From: Microcaecilia unicolor
Lineage: Eukaryota
DNA: 64,000 nucleotides
Reading direction: 5' to 3'
Assembly: GCF_901765095.1 (NCBI RefSeq)
Contig: NC_044044.1
Location: 26,632,132-26,696,131, forward strand
This document shows, piece by piece, positions 36,066-47,585 of this stretch. The number at the start of each line of letters is the position of its first letter. Within the stretch, counting starts at the first letter, position 1. Under the pieces are notes generated by a model. That model was not told the DNA's origin and did not search any database. It saw only the letters and a program-made list of their open reading frames with translations. The position numbers and the translations under genes are program-made.

Positions 36066-38466
36066 ATGGCTTCAAGATCCCTGACCCCAAGCCCATCTTC
36101 TGACTCAGACAAAGAGCTTGCTGCTGGCATCACCCTTCCTCTAGGTGCTTCACACCAACAGGATCCTGTTACTCCTCCACCCCACATCTCTCTGCCTCCA
36201 GTGGAGAGAGACTGTCTTCATCTATTGCAGCAAGACTGTTCTTCCTTGATGCCAAGAGACTGCCTTTCTCCAGTTCAGAGAGACAATTTATCACCCAGAA
36301 ATAAATGTTCTTCATCTACATCAAAGGAAAACCCTTTATCTCAACTAGAAGAATGTTCTTCAGTTATTCCAAGAGACTCTCCTCCTTCAGTCCAGTGGGT
36401 TAGCCCTCCTCCAATGCCAGACTCTTTGTTATCCATACAGAGAGATCATTTATCTCCGGTAAAGATGGACAGTCCTGCAAGACACAGGAATTGTTCTTTG
36501 GCAATGCAAAGAGATTGTCCTTCTGTAATCCAAGAAAGCTGCACTTCCCTGCATCAAGTCTGTCTGTCTCCAGTGCGTAAAGGAAGTTCTCCTCCAAGAG
36601 ACTGCTCTTTATCAGTGGAGAGAAACTGTCCATCCCCAACACAGATGGAATGTCTTGGTCCAGTACAAAGAGATTGCTCTTTATCAATGGAGAGGGACTG
36701 TCCTTCCACACTACAGAGGGACTCACCTCTTATCCAGCATCTCAGTCCTTCCCCTCCCTGTCTGACGCCTCCCTCTCAGCCAGCCTCTCCTGACCATGCC
36801 TTTGTTGCACTGAACCCTGTTGCCACTGCTTCCCATGTTCCCGTGACCTCTCTACCCCTGGATGAGGTCCTCCATGAGCTGGCTTTCAACGGTGAGCTAG
36901 ACCTTCAACGCTACTCCAATGGCCATGCCCCATTAGCAACAGATGGAGCAGAAGAGCGTGGGCAGGAGGCACGTAAGTACCAGTGCCCAGTTTGTGGCAA
37001 GCGCTTCCGTTTCAACAGCATCCTCTCTCTGCACACACGCATTCACACTGGGGAGAAGCCCTTCCAGTGTCCCTACTGTGGTCACCAGGCCACTCAGAAA
37101 GGCAACCTGAAGATCCATCTGCGCACCCATCAACCTGGTGGTGACGAAGTGGTCAGTGAGGAGACCCGGTTGCTGCTGGAGCTGGAGGAGAGAGCACTCC
37201 TGAGAGAACAGCGCAACCAAGGAATGTCAAGACAGTGGAAGCACCCGTCATGGCTACTGGAGGTAAAGACACCGATGGTGGCCAAAGAGAAACCCGAGAT
37301 TCTGCCAGCTCCTCAAGACGAAGAAGAGGAGGAGGAAGAAGAGGAGGACGAGGAGGAGGAGGTGGTGCAAATCCCGATCCCTGTTACCCCTCCCTCACTA
37401 CCACCTCCGGGATTCCGCTGCCCATTCTGCAAAGGAAAATTCCGGAAGGCCCGGGAGCTGGAGAAGCACGTTCATATTCTCCATAAGCCCTACCGGTGCA
37501 CGATCTGTGGATTTGCAGCCACCCAGGAAGAAGGCCTGGCACGGCATGCAGAAGAAGTGCACCCAGTGAGGGAGGAGGAAGCAGTCGTTGAAGTTGGTGA
37601 GCCAGTGCAAGTAGCACCGCCGACTACACCGGTAAAGGCAGAACCACCAGTAGCAGAATTCCGTTGTGAGGTGTGCAGCCAAGCCTTCACTCAGTCGTGG
37701 TTCTTAAAGGGCCATATGAGGAAACACAAAGATTCTTTTGACCACAAGTGCCAAGTATGTGGGAGATGCTTCAAGGAGCCCTGGTTCCTGAAGAACCACA
37801 TGAAGGTCCACCTTAGTAAACTAGGGCTGAGGGGGGACAAGACCACAGCATCAGAGGTCTCCACATCCAGACCCAAGAAGGAGCAGGATCTTCTGGGATA
37901 TGACACCTTCTACTCAGCTTTCCTGCTTTCTGCCAGCCAGGAGAAGAGGGAGCAGCTGGTGAGTGTGGCAGAGAAGGGCTCCTTCTTGGGGTACCTCAGC
38001 CTACGGTCCCCCTCTGATGGGAGCTGCACAGAGAGGCTGCAGGCCACAGCCAGGGCCCTGGAGGTGGGCCAGGGGCAGGTTTGGCATCCACCAGGACTGG
38101 AGCCTTCAGAAGTCTGCTGGGTGAGCGGCAAGGGAAAGCAGAAGCGGAAGGGCCACTCCAGGAGGCCCAAGGACAAGAGATCCCAGGTAGGCCCGGCAGG
38201 ACTTTGTGATGGGCCTTCGAAAAATGAGGAATTTGGGGGCACTTGCCGCTGTCTTGAATGTGGTAGAACGTTTGGGAACTACCAGCAGTTGGAGGCCCAT
38301 ACTGCAATGGGTCATCATACCACCAGGGAGGAAGAGGAGTGGGCTGGGAGAGGGGCCTCAAGAACTTCCCATGCCAGTCACAACGGAGGCCACGGAGTGG
38401 GAGGCCACAGTGGAGCTGGAAGAGGAGCAGCGCATGGGGTGTCCCTGCAAGCAGGAAGATTCCCAG
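36066..38466 (+). CDS. ZNF219: ZNF219-like C2H2 zinc-finger protein, first coding exon. It contains the N-terminal repeat region, an ELDLQRYSNG block, six or seven fingers and an acidic tract.
   Basis: ATG at 36066 follows directly after an acceptor (ctgcag|atcATGG) and has a strong Kozak context. Diagnostic blocks match what I recall of human ZNF219: NGELDLQRYSNG, YQCPVCGKRFRFNSILSLH, ETRLLLELEERALLRE, FRCPFCKGKFRKARELEKHVHILH, and FRCEVCSQAFTQSWFLKGHMRKHKDSFDHKCQVCGRCFKEPWFLKNHMKVH. The donor CAG|GTATCA at 38466/38467 leaves phase 1, matching exon 2. An alternative donor at 38186/38187 is not phase-compatible. Confidence 0.85.
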
Positions 38467-38649
38467 GTATCAAAGCAGTCTGTCTGTCTGTCTGTCTTCA
38501 CTCTTCCTGTACCTCTCTGAATCTGTCTTCTGATTTCTCTTGTAATACTATTTCCTTGTACCATAATGGTGACATTATTTTCTGGGTTAAAATATTTATT
38601 TATTTATTTGGCATACTTGATACCGCCCAGTGGCCTACATAGAGACTTC

Positions 38650-39600
38650 TAAGGGGTTAACGATTAAAAAATAATAATATGTGTAGGGAGATAGGGATGA
38701 AAGAGGATCCAACCATAACTGAAAAATTTGAAAATGTGTGGGGTATCATAGATCTACAGGGGAGAGGGATATCTAAACTTTATGATTATATTAGGGGAGG
38801 GGACTTTGTAAAATTACCGTACATGAAGGCGTGGGAGAGGGATCTGGATACTGAATTGACTGAAATAGATTGGAGGCGAATTTGCTTAGAGGCCAAGAAA
38901 GCATCTATATGTGTTCTTATCAAGGAGAATGCATATAAGGTACTGAGCAGATGGTACTTCACACCGGATAAAATAAAAGCAATGTTTCCAGATGCCTCAG
39001 ACACATGTTGGAGATGTAAGAATGGGAGGGGAACATATTTCCATATTTGGTGGGAGTGTCCGGTACTACAGGTATTTTGGGGGGAAGTAACAGGATCACT
39101 AACTACAATGTTGGGCAGTACGGTTCCATGTGATCCTAAGTGGTGCTTGTTGGGTTGGGGCACTAGGAGGGGGAAGAGATGGCAATGCAGACTAAAACGA
39201 ATGGGTATGGCTGCGGCGAAAGCTATGGTGGCCTTAAATTGGAAACAAACAAAGGGCCCCACGGGGAAGGATTGGGTGGAGAGGCTTAAGATAATAGCGG
39301 CTATGGAAAAGATGACGGACAGGCGTAGAGGGAGATATTGTTCCACTGCTGACGAATGGACGCAATTGGAGACACTCTTTACTGGGAACATAGAGAGTAG
39401 GACTGTTTAAGCTACAGTTTTGAAGGGTGGGGGGGGAGGGAGGGGGGGGTTGGAGGGGGGGAGGGCGAAAACACTTGTGGAACTGGACTGAAGTTTACCT
39501 GGTTGGAAAGTTGGGGGAGTCATGGGCTCCAAACTGTTGTTACATTGATTGATGTTCAATAAAAATTTATAAATTAAAAAAAAATAATAATAATAATAAA
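38650..39600 (+). mobile_element. L1 LINE 3' fragment (ORF2 C-terminal Cys-rich domain, 3' UTR, AATAAA, poly-A), in ZNF219 intron 1
   Basis: ORF 38679..39410 contains ...CWRCKNGRGTYFHIWWECPVLQVFWGEV..., the L1 ORF2 C-terminal CWRC...HxxWxCPxLQxFW motif. It is followed by ...ttcaataaaaatttataaattaaaaaaaaataataataataaaat. Confidence 0.8.
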
Positions 39601-40181
39601 ATAGAGAAAAAAACAGAGGCAGCTATGCTGGGGGAGTTACTGGAGTTGAGGAAAAGGCAGATGAGATTAAGTGAGTTTTCTGGACCTGTTCGAATGCTGC
39701 AAGGGGGGGTGGGGGGTTGATCTCTAATGTGGCAGGGGAGGTCAATGCAAAGTTTGGGGCCGATGTACCTGAAGGCAGAGTGGAGGGAGATACTGAGATG
39801 GAGGAGGAAGGGGGGAGGGAAGGGAGGTTGTGGTCAGCAGAACAGAGGAAGGGCAGCGGGGTGTAGGGAATGAGCAGATCATTGAGGTAAACAGGGGGAA
39901 GGAGGGGTTCGAGAGTTGTAGATTTTATATTTGATTAGGACAATAACGGGTTAACCAGCGTTCTGCATAGAGGAGGAATGTGGCATGGTCGAAACGGTGT
40001 GCGTTCTGAAGGTGTCCAAAAGAGCTGAACACCTGAAGAGACTTGGGTGGAAGGGGCAGCCTGTCAGATTCCCTCAGCACAGCGAGGGAACAATCCCAGA
40101 TTCTTCTGCAAGGCATCTTTCTCTGTAAACAATGTTACTTCTTGGTAATCTGCTGTCTCGATACCTTTTCTCTTGCTCCAG

Positions 40182-40313
40182 ATGAGAGTGAATCCCAGAG
40201 CAGAGGGTACGGATCAGATGGGAGCCGGATTTTCTCTGGCAAAGACTGTCCATACTGCGGCAAATCTTTCCGATCCTCACACCATTTAAAGGTGCATCTC
40301 CGAGTGCACACAG
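40182..40313 (+). CDS. ZNF219: ZNF219-like coding exon 2, encoding (D)[43 protein letters not shown](G)
   Basis: Acceptor tctcttgctccag|AT and donor ACAG|GTAAGAT. It matches the human ZNF219 segment [26 protein letters not shown]. The phase is consistent with both flanking exons. Confidence 0.85.
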
Positions 40314-40439
40314 GTAAGATGTATGGTCTCTGGAGCTCTTGATGTTTTCAGCCCGCTGTGTTCTCTGCATTTTTCTGGAGTCTTCACCAAATTTATTATT
40401 TTTTTTTTTACATCCTCTGCAGGGGTGGACTGAGGGTGG

Positions 40440-40880
40440 TCTTTGCCCCATGCCTGGCCACTGCCCGACACCCCCCTGCCGCCACAGCCGATGTCCCCAC
40501 TGCCCCGGACTTTCCTGAGGGATCCTGGTAGTCTGGTGGCCTCTGGGAGGGGGGGGGGGCATATTCTTTCCTGCCTGCTGCGGTGCTGCTATTCCCCCAC
40601 CTGCTGGCATCACCATGTTTTCAAAATGGCAGCCAAAATTTCCCACTGTAGTCCTGCGGGTCTCGACAGTCTCATGAGACTTCTGCAGGAAGGGGAATAG
40701 TGGCAGCCCAGCGAGCCAGGCAGGAAAAAACATGTTCCCCCCGCTGAGGCCATTAGATCATCAGCAGTGTGCCAGGCATCTGGGCAGAGCCTCTGGGCCC
40801 CCTAGAACCTCTTGACCCTTGGGCACTGCCCGGTTGCCCGAATGGTCAGTTCGCCCCAAGGGAGGGGGATATAGAAACCC
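40440..40880. mobile_element. Palindromic MITE-like element, copy 2 (same family as 30560-31100), in ZNF219 intron 2
   Basis: It shares the blocks tggtggcctc(t/c)ggg, ctttcctgcct(g/t)ctgc, ttttcaaaatggc and ctcatgagact(t/g)ctg. Its flank ...caaccgggcagtgcccaagggtcaagaggttctagggggcccagaggctc is the reverse complement of the 30630-30690 flank of copy 1. Confidence 0.6.
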
Positions 40881-41082
40881 CTAGGTAGCTATGAACAAGA
40901 GAGAAAATGGTATTAGGAAATTGTCCCTATCTTCCTCCAATAAAAATTTGCAAAATGGCCTCATGGTGGCAGTGCCAGTTCTGGACTGCAGTTCTCGGCT
41001 TTCATCACTAGAGGGGGCATGTTAGTCCAGCTGCTGCCCACTAACCAAGCCTTTACAGTTTTCTTGTTTCTTTCTTCCCTAG

Positions 41083-42116
41083 GTGAGCGCCCCTATAAGT
41101 GCCCGCACTGCGACTATGCAGGCACACAGTCTGGATCACTGAAATACCACCTGCAGCGTCATCACCGTGAGCAGAAAGTGGTGGCCAGTGGACGGACAGC
41201 AGGCGTCAAAGTGCCCTCCCCCTACCAGCATACCTTGCTGGTGCAAACTGGGAGGTATCACAGCTTCTACCTCCCCCAGCACTGGGCAGCTGCACAACTC
41301 ACACCAGTGAGGGCTGTGGATGAGAAGCCCGGGAGGCAGAGGGTGCCCTCTACTGGTGCTAGCAGTCTTGGAGACGTTGGCCCAACTTTCTCAGACCTCG
41401 CCAAGGTCTTCCAGAATCTGTCGGAGAGCGAGAGCCACCTGAAGGAGGAGCCACTGCCACCATCATCCCTGGCAGTCCCTGTTTGTATGCTGGAAAAGCA
41501 AGAAGACAAGGTAGGAGGGAAAAGACGGAGACAGCCGCCACCACCCCAGCCCCAGCAAGAAGCAGATGTGCCCTCTCCACCTCCACCACGCGTTTCCCGG
41601 AGAAAACCGGCAAGCACAAGTCGTGTGATCACCAACGGGAAGCCAGACTTCGAGCCTCTAGATCTCTCGTGGCGGCCACCGGCATCACCAGGCATGGACA
41701 GCGAAGTCACCCTTCATCGTTGCCCCTTTTGCCCTTTTGCTACCTCCTCTCCAGAGCTGATGGCACTTCATCTGCAGGTTCACCATAGCCGAAGGTCCCT
41801 CAGGAAGGAGAGGACCCCAAGAGGGCCTATCAAAAATGACACTGATACCACCAATGCCTTCCTTGGAAAGGCAGGGACCCACCTGCTCTCTGGAGATTGT
41901 GAGATGGTGGAGGATCTGGGTCAAGGACTGAAGGAGGACGAGGAGGAGGAGGAGGAGGAAGGCGAGAGCCCAGAAGCATTGGAGGAGAGAGACATGGATG
42001 GGAAGGAGACGCCGAAAAAAGGAGCAAAGCAGGAGAATGGAGTTCAGGGTTACTTAAGCAGAAGCAACTCAGAAGAGGAGGAAGCAGAGGGGGAGAGGCT
42101 TCCTGAGCATCGGTAG
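41083..42116 (+). CDS. ZNF219: ZNF219-like terminal coding exon, encoding (G)ERPYKCPHCDYAGTQSGSLKYHLQRHHREQ...LHRCPFCPFATSSPELMALHLQVHHSRR...EHR*
   Basis: Acceptor tttcttccctag|GT. It matches the human ZNF219 C-terminal fingers (ERPYKCPHCDYAGTQSGSLKYHLQRHHRE; ALHRCLFCPFA..PELMALHLQVHHSRR). The stop codon TAG is at 42114-42116. An AATAAA lies about 470 nt downstream (about 42586). Confidence 0.85.
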
Positions 42117-44519
42117 GGGGTAGTGCAGAGAACTAAATTCTAGTCCAGCATCTTCCTACCCCACGCCCCAGCAAAGGTCACGTCTCAGAGTCACTGTGAG
42201 GACTTTAAATGAAAAATAGGTACATTTTACCCATGATGCCTTCTGCCCTCATCTCCCACATATGTGTCCTCCCCCTGATGCCCCTTACTTATCACAGTGA
42301 TTTCTTCCAGGAGGTGGGGGGAGGAAGTGGGACAGTGGAAATGAGGAAATTGAATGACAGGTAAAGAAGGACTAATGATTTACAAAAAACAAACAAACTA
42401 ATTTTATATCTAAAATTTCAGATCTTGTGAGGGTTGGAATTGAACAGTTTATGAGACAAGAGTTTTAGAGCTTTGTGCAGGGGTTTTCGGGGGGGGGGGG
42501 GGGGTTAGATCATGAACCCTGAAGAGGGTGGATGCTGTTCTGCTTCCCAGCTGAAATTCCCTGGGGATAGTTTTAAAAAATTAATAAACCAAATCTGGTC
42601 TAGGATGTTTACTGGGGATCTGGCGTAGGTGGGGACAGAAGGGGGTGGCAGTGGAAAATGTACTTTAGCCTTTGATATGAAACACTGACTAACAAAGATT
42701 ACAAAGCTACTGGGAGTTTTTGGAATGGGGTAGTAGGGGGCACAGAAGTGATCTGGGTGTTTAACTGCCTCACAGGTTGCAGTTCCAGCTGACAGCCACA
42801 CGATGGCAATATCACTCCATTTCCTGACTTGCACAATGGCTGCCATTGAGCCGCCATTCCCAGACAGTATTGTGCTAGCCACTCTTCAAAAAGGTAATTA
42901 ATTACAGTTACTAGTTACTTCTCTGCTTTAAAGTAATTAGATACAGTAATTAAATTAAGAAAATTGTTGATTACTGATTACAGTTACTTGCTTAGAGTAA
43001 CTAGTTGCTTTTCCTTTACCGTTACCACATCCAAGAATACTTATGGCATGTGAAGAGGGAAAATATCCATCTTATGTGCAACCCCCCAATGCAAACATTG
43101 CATAACTTCACCTCTTAATGCTTATTTCAATGAGGTTTGACCAACTCATGCCAACCACATCCTCTATCATGTCATGTCATGTTGTGCTAGTTAACTCTTC
43201 AAAAATAATTAATTACAGTTACTGGCATAGTGAATAAGCGGTAATTCAATATCGCACAGCATTGCTACCAGACAATGAAACTTTTATATTTTAAGAGGGG
43301 AGGGATGTTGGACTATAATTCCCCTCCCCCCACACACATGCATTTGATCATCAAAATGTATAAAATTACATATTTAGCCATGCTTTTTAAGTCCCTGGGG
43401 AGCAAGGTTGATGTAGTCCTGGATTTACTCCATTGCATGCAGGGACTTCTAAGTCTTGCTTTTCTTAGGGGATGCACTACAAGCCCCTGCATGCACCGGG
43501 GTAAATCCAGGACTGAATTGACCCTGTCAGGTAAATCTGGATCCAGCTGGCAACCGTTACTGGGGAAAGGAGTGGGCATCCTGTGTAGGGTTACCCTATG
43601 GCTCCAGAAAAAAAGGCAGACACATTGATCCAGTCCGGGTTTTGCTTCCATTGAAAGCAATGGAAGTAAAACCCAGACTGGCTCGATCTGCCCTCCTTTT
43701 TTTGGAGCCATAGGGTAACCCTAATCCTGTGGCACCCATGGCGTGATACCGTCATTCCACATCAGAAGTTACCTGAAAAAAATAGGAAACAAGGAAAAAA
43801 TAATCATTTAAGAAATAAAAAAAAATGGCCTGTACAGATTTTCAAATCCTTACCTCAACTCTTGAGCGTGTGCTCTTGGAGAAAGGAAAGCAGAAACAAA
43901 TTTAGCTGAACTCTTGTATCCCCACCTTCTGTTGTATGTTACTGCCCATTGTTAAGGTCTCTAGGTCCTAGCTTGAAAACCTAAAAGTGGGAGTCCACCC
44001 TTTCCTCATCTGATCCCCCGGTCTCCCTTCCAGAGATACAGGAAGGGAAGTATCCAGTGAATACAGGGGGCTGGGACAGCACAGGACAGGATAGACCCCC
44101 TGTAACATCCCTAACAAAGAGCTAAGAGATACAGGGGGGTAATCTTCAGCAAAGTGGGACAGGACAGAACCCATCACATCACTAGAGAGGGCATGAGAAG
44201 TACAGGGAAGTAATATCCACCTTTCTAATTTCAAGGGGCTGAGGGCCAGATGCACTGAACGAGCCAGCAACGTGGTTTTTAAACTGGTTCTAGCCAGTTT
44301 AGCGCGCAAGTAGTAAACCGGGACGTGCACAAAAGGGTTCTCCGAGCCATTTTCCTGTCACGGTAGCAGCTAACGAAAACGGAATGCAAATGAGCTCATT
44401 ACTATTATAATGTGAATGCGATGCGACGCACAACCGTTTCCGACCCCACGCACTGTGGAAAACCTAACGGGAGGTCTGCACCTCTCGTTGGGGCTGCTGT
44501 GAGCGGGACCCACGCAGAG

Positions 44520-44790
44520 GAGGACGCCCATCGCAAAAATCGGAAGCAAAAAAAAAAAGTCCAAGTGCTCGTCAGAGATGTCCTTTCAAGTGCTAACACT
44601 TGGACGTCCTTCACTCAAAAAAAAAAAAAGGACGTCCCTGACGAACACTTGGACGTTTTTTTTCTTCAGATTTTGTGATGGGCGTCCTTTTTGGACGTGT
44701 TTTTCTTACGTGCCCGAAATGACCACCGCCAGGGAGAATCGGGGATCGGGACGTGCGAGGACGTCCAAATCAAAACTATTTGGACGTCCC
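44520..44790. repeat. Cluster of about 7 GGACGTCC / TTGGACGT palindromic ACGT-core motifs within about 270 bp, with interspersed poly-A/T. It lies about 2.4 kb downstream of ZNF219.
   Basis: The motifs include cttggacgtccttcactc, aggacgtccctgacgaacacttggacgtttttttt, gggcgtcctttttggacgtgttttt, gaggacgtccaaatc and tttggacgtcccttt. Confidence 0.7.
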
Positions 44791-46129
44791 TTTAGATTAT
44801 GCCCCTCCAGGTCTCTCGCAGCCAATCACAGCGCGTTTAGGGTCCCGCTCTCTCCCTCTGTTGCACAATGCCTGGCAATTTATTGGTTGTAGACGGCTAT
44901 TATACACGCAGCTTGTCTGCGTGTATGAAGCCGTCTTTGGCATGCGCAGATCAGCCAGCATAACGCTTGGCTGCTCTGCGCATGTTCAGCTGGCCGACTG
45001 GCTTCCCCTCCTTAGGAAGGAAATCGCGTGCAAATGAGCTAACAGCGAGCAGCTCATTTGCATGCGATTACCTTCATGCATGCCCGTTTTTTTTTACCGA
45101 TTCGCTAAGGGATCGGTAAGGGAAGGGCTCTTTCCGTGGAGTTAGTGCATCTGCCTGTCGCCGGAAACGACCCTCTTCCCCCTCTCTGACGTCCGATACA
45201 GTGCTGGGTCTCACTCAGTGAAGCCTTGTGCTTTTAATTTTTCCTTGCCGTTCCCTTAGAACCTCAAAATAGATTGTGGCTCTGAGCTAGAATTACTGTA
45301 GAAATTGTTTTTTGTTTTTTTATTTTTGTAACTATTTTTTAGTAAACTTTAAGAAAAACCCCGGAGTAGGGGAGGGGGGGGAAGGGAAAAGAAAAAAAAA
45401 AAAAACCAAACAAAATTTTGAAATGCAGAGAAAGTGATGTTAAAAAGATGTAAAACTGTTTCTTCAGACTGGTGACTCTGTGATAACTTAGTGCGACTCG
45501 AGCCGCTGTTTTCTAAGCATCGTACAAATATTTCATGTTTTTTTTTTTTTTTTAGGTTAATATTCTTTTCTTGTAGAAAATGAAAATAAAGGAACTCAAA
45601 ATCTTTCTGTGCCAGTTTGGTCTGAAATTCTCCCCATGTTTGGATCTTTGTATTGGGGTGGGGTGGGGGGGGTGGGGGAATGATTCTTAAATGATGACAC
45701 CGGCTAAGGGACTTAATGTTATGGAATCAAATAATCTGGTATTTATTTATTATTAGGATTTATTTACCACCTTTTTGAAGGAATTCACTCAAGGCGGTGT
45801 ACAGTAAGAATAGATCAAACATGAGCAATAGGCAATTACAGCAGTAAAAATATTCGAACAACAATACAAAGTATGGCATGGTATACTGCTTGCAATGACA
45901 ACACAATATGTACTAGAACATTATAATTGGTAGTGAAGGGTAAGGCAAAGTTGTGACATATAGATGAGTAAGAAAGTAGGAAGAATTAGAAAGTAAGGTG
46001 ATTGATTTGAAGAAAGTTGCACGTCAGGTCAGAGAGATGGTTAAATATTATCTCAGCTAGGGTAGGAGTGGATAAACATGTCCCGCTGCAGTATGGATAT
46101 CTGGTGATAGACAAAAGGAGCCAGCCCTC

Positions 46130-46265
46130 AGACTTACCAACTCAGTGAGGGGGTCTTTGACTAAGTCACGCTCACGTTTTTAGCGCACGCTAAAATTGGG
46201 CAGGCGCTAAACGTTAGAGACGCCTGTAGGAATGCATTGGCGTCTCTAACATGAGTGTGCCTTAG
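46130..46265. mobile_element. MITE-like element of about 135 bp with terminal inverted repeats gggggtctttgactaagtcacgctcac and gtgtgccttagtaaaagaccccc
   Basis: The termini are reverse complements. The interior is gcgcacgctaaaattgggcaggcgctaaacgttagagacgcctgtaggaatgcattggcgtctctaac, with an internal palindrome gttagagacgcc...ggcgtctctaac. Confidence 0.55.
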
Positions 46266-47344
46266 TAAAAGACCCCCTTAGAGATTCATATTACTCAGAT
46301 CAATGCTTGAGACTTTGGCCAGTCCTGTTTTTAAGTTATATCCCACAGCAGTGTGGGATTTGTAGTGCCAGATCTCGCCTGTTGAAATCAATGCTGCATA
46401 TCCCTTAATGCATCTGGACAGAATGGTCAAGAAATCCAGGACTGTCCCAAAATCTCCAGCCTGGAACTGGGTAACTTGGCATCTCTGCTCACTGCAGGTC
46501 AACTCAACAGGCTGATCCAAACCTGGTTTTGCCCCATTGCATGCAGGGACCTGAGGTTCCCATTTTTCCTCTAAGAAAATTTGAACTACAACCCCTGCAA
46601 TGCAGTAGTGTAAAAGCAGGACCAAGATAACAGGACACGGCATGATGTCACAAGGCTGAAGCCGGTCTCCACCCATGCCACCCAAGAAGGTTTTAATTCT
46701 CCCCAATGCAGCTGCTGCCATCTTGGTACACCCAAAATAATGAAATTGATAATGGGCCAGAATAGGCTCATGCCATCTCCTGTTATCAAACCTCCTTGAG
46801 CAGGACCAAGGCATCCCATTCAACTGACAAGGGGTGATGTGTCAATCCTAGACGGTGAAGAGTTGTAGAAAACAAGACCACGGGGTCCCAGAATACAGGA
46901 ACCTAGTAGGAGTAGTAATGCAAACACGATCACAGCTCCCAGAATGCTGTGAGATGGGCAGGACTAATAGAAAAGGGACTACAGGTTCCACCATGCACTG
47001 GGACTCTGGGCACCATATCTCGGTTGAGCCTGCACATCTCTTAAGAGTGGACCTTGCAAGTTATTCAACCTTACAGTGGCTTAGGTACAATTTCAGTCAT
47101 AATTCCTCTTGGGTAGTAGAGACTTAAGAAGGAGGTATTTTACTAAAATGCAGTAACTTTTGTGCTTACCATGCCTTAACAGCAAAGCCCTGCGGCAGGG
47201 TACATGCAAAAGCAGCGCAGCAACAACTGAGAGCATGTCTTCTGCAGTTCCTGTGCAAAAATGTTTAATTGGGGTGTCCACTCTGGTCACAATTAGTACA
47301 GATACACTTAGCATCTCTCATGACAGTGCGCTGTATGCAGTGCG

Positions 47345-47585
47345 TTTTTACTAGCAAAAAAGGTGCCGGCACTCAAATGCTAGGCCACCCTTCAGGGGTG
47401 AGGTGATCGCTGAGGGACCCACCCCACAATAGCCAGGCCTCCTGCAACCAGTCACAGAATCTATGACAAGGCAGAATTGGTGTGTAGAGCCTGAGCTCTT
47501 TCATGAAAACTTGGGGTCCGTGGGTCAATGTTAGCAGACAATGGAAAAGGTGCCGGTACTCAGTACCCCCTCAAAAAAAAAAACC
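47345..47585 (-). mobile_element. Second copy of the 16795-17065 interspersed repeat
   Basis: See the 16795-17065 feature. Confidence 0.6.

Noticed and set aside
38106-38361. Minus-strand ORFs of 70-121 aa overlapping ZNF219 exon 1 (also 36400..36726, 36933..37220, 37384..37690)
   Set aside because: They are antisense to a well-supported coding exon. They arise from the repetitive, GC-rich composition of the exon.
38679-39410. 243-aa ORF that could be mistaken for a host gene within the ZNF219 locus
   Set aside because: It carries the L1 ORF2 C-terminal CWRC…HIWWECPVLQVFW motif and is followed by an L1 3' UTR and poly-A. It is a 5'-truncated retrotransposon fragment in intron 1.
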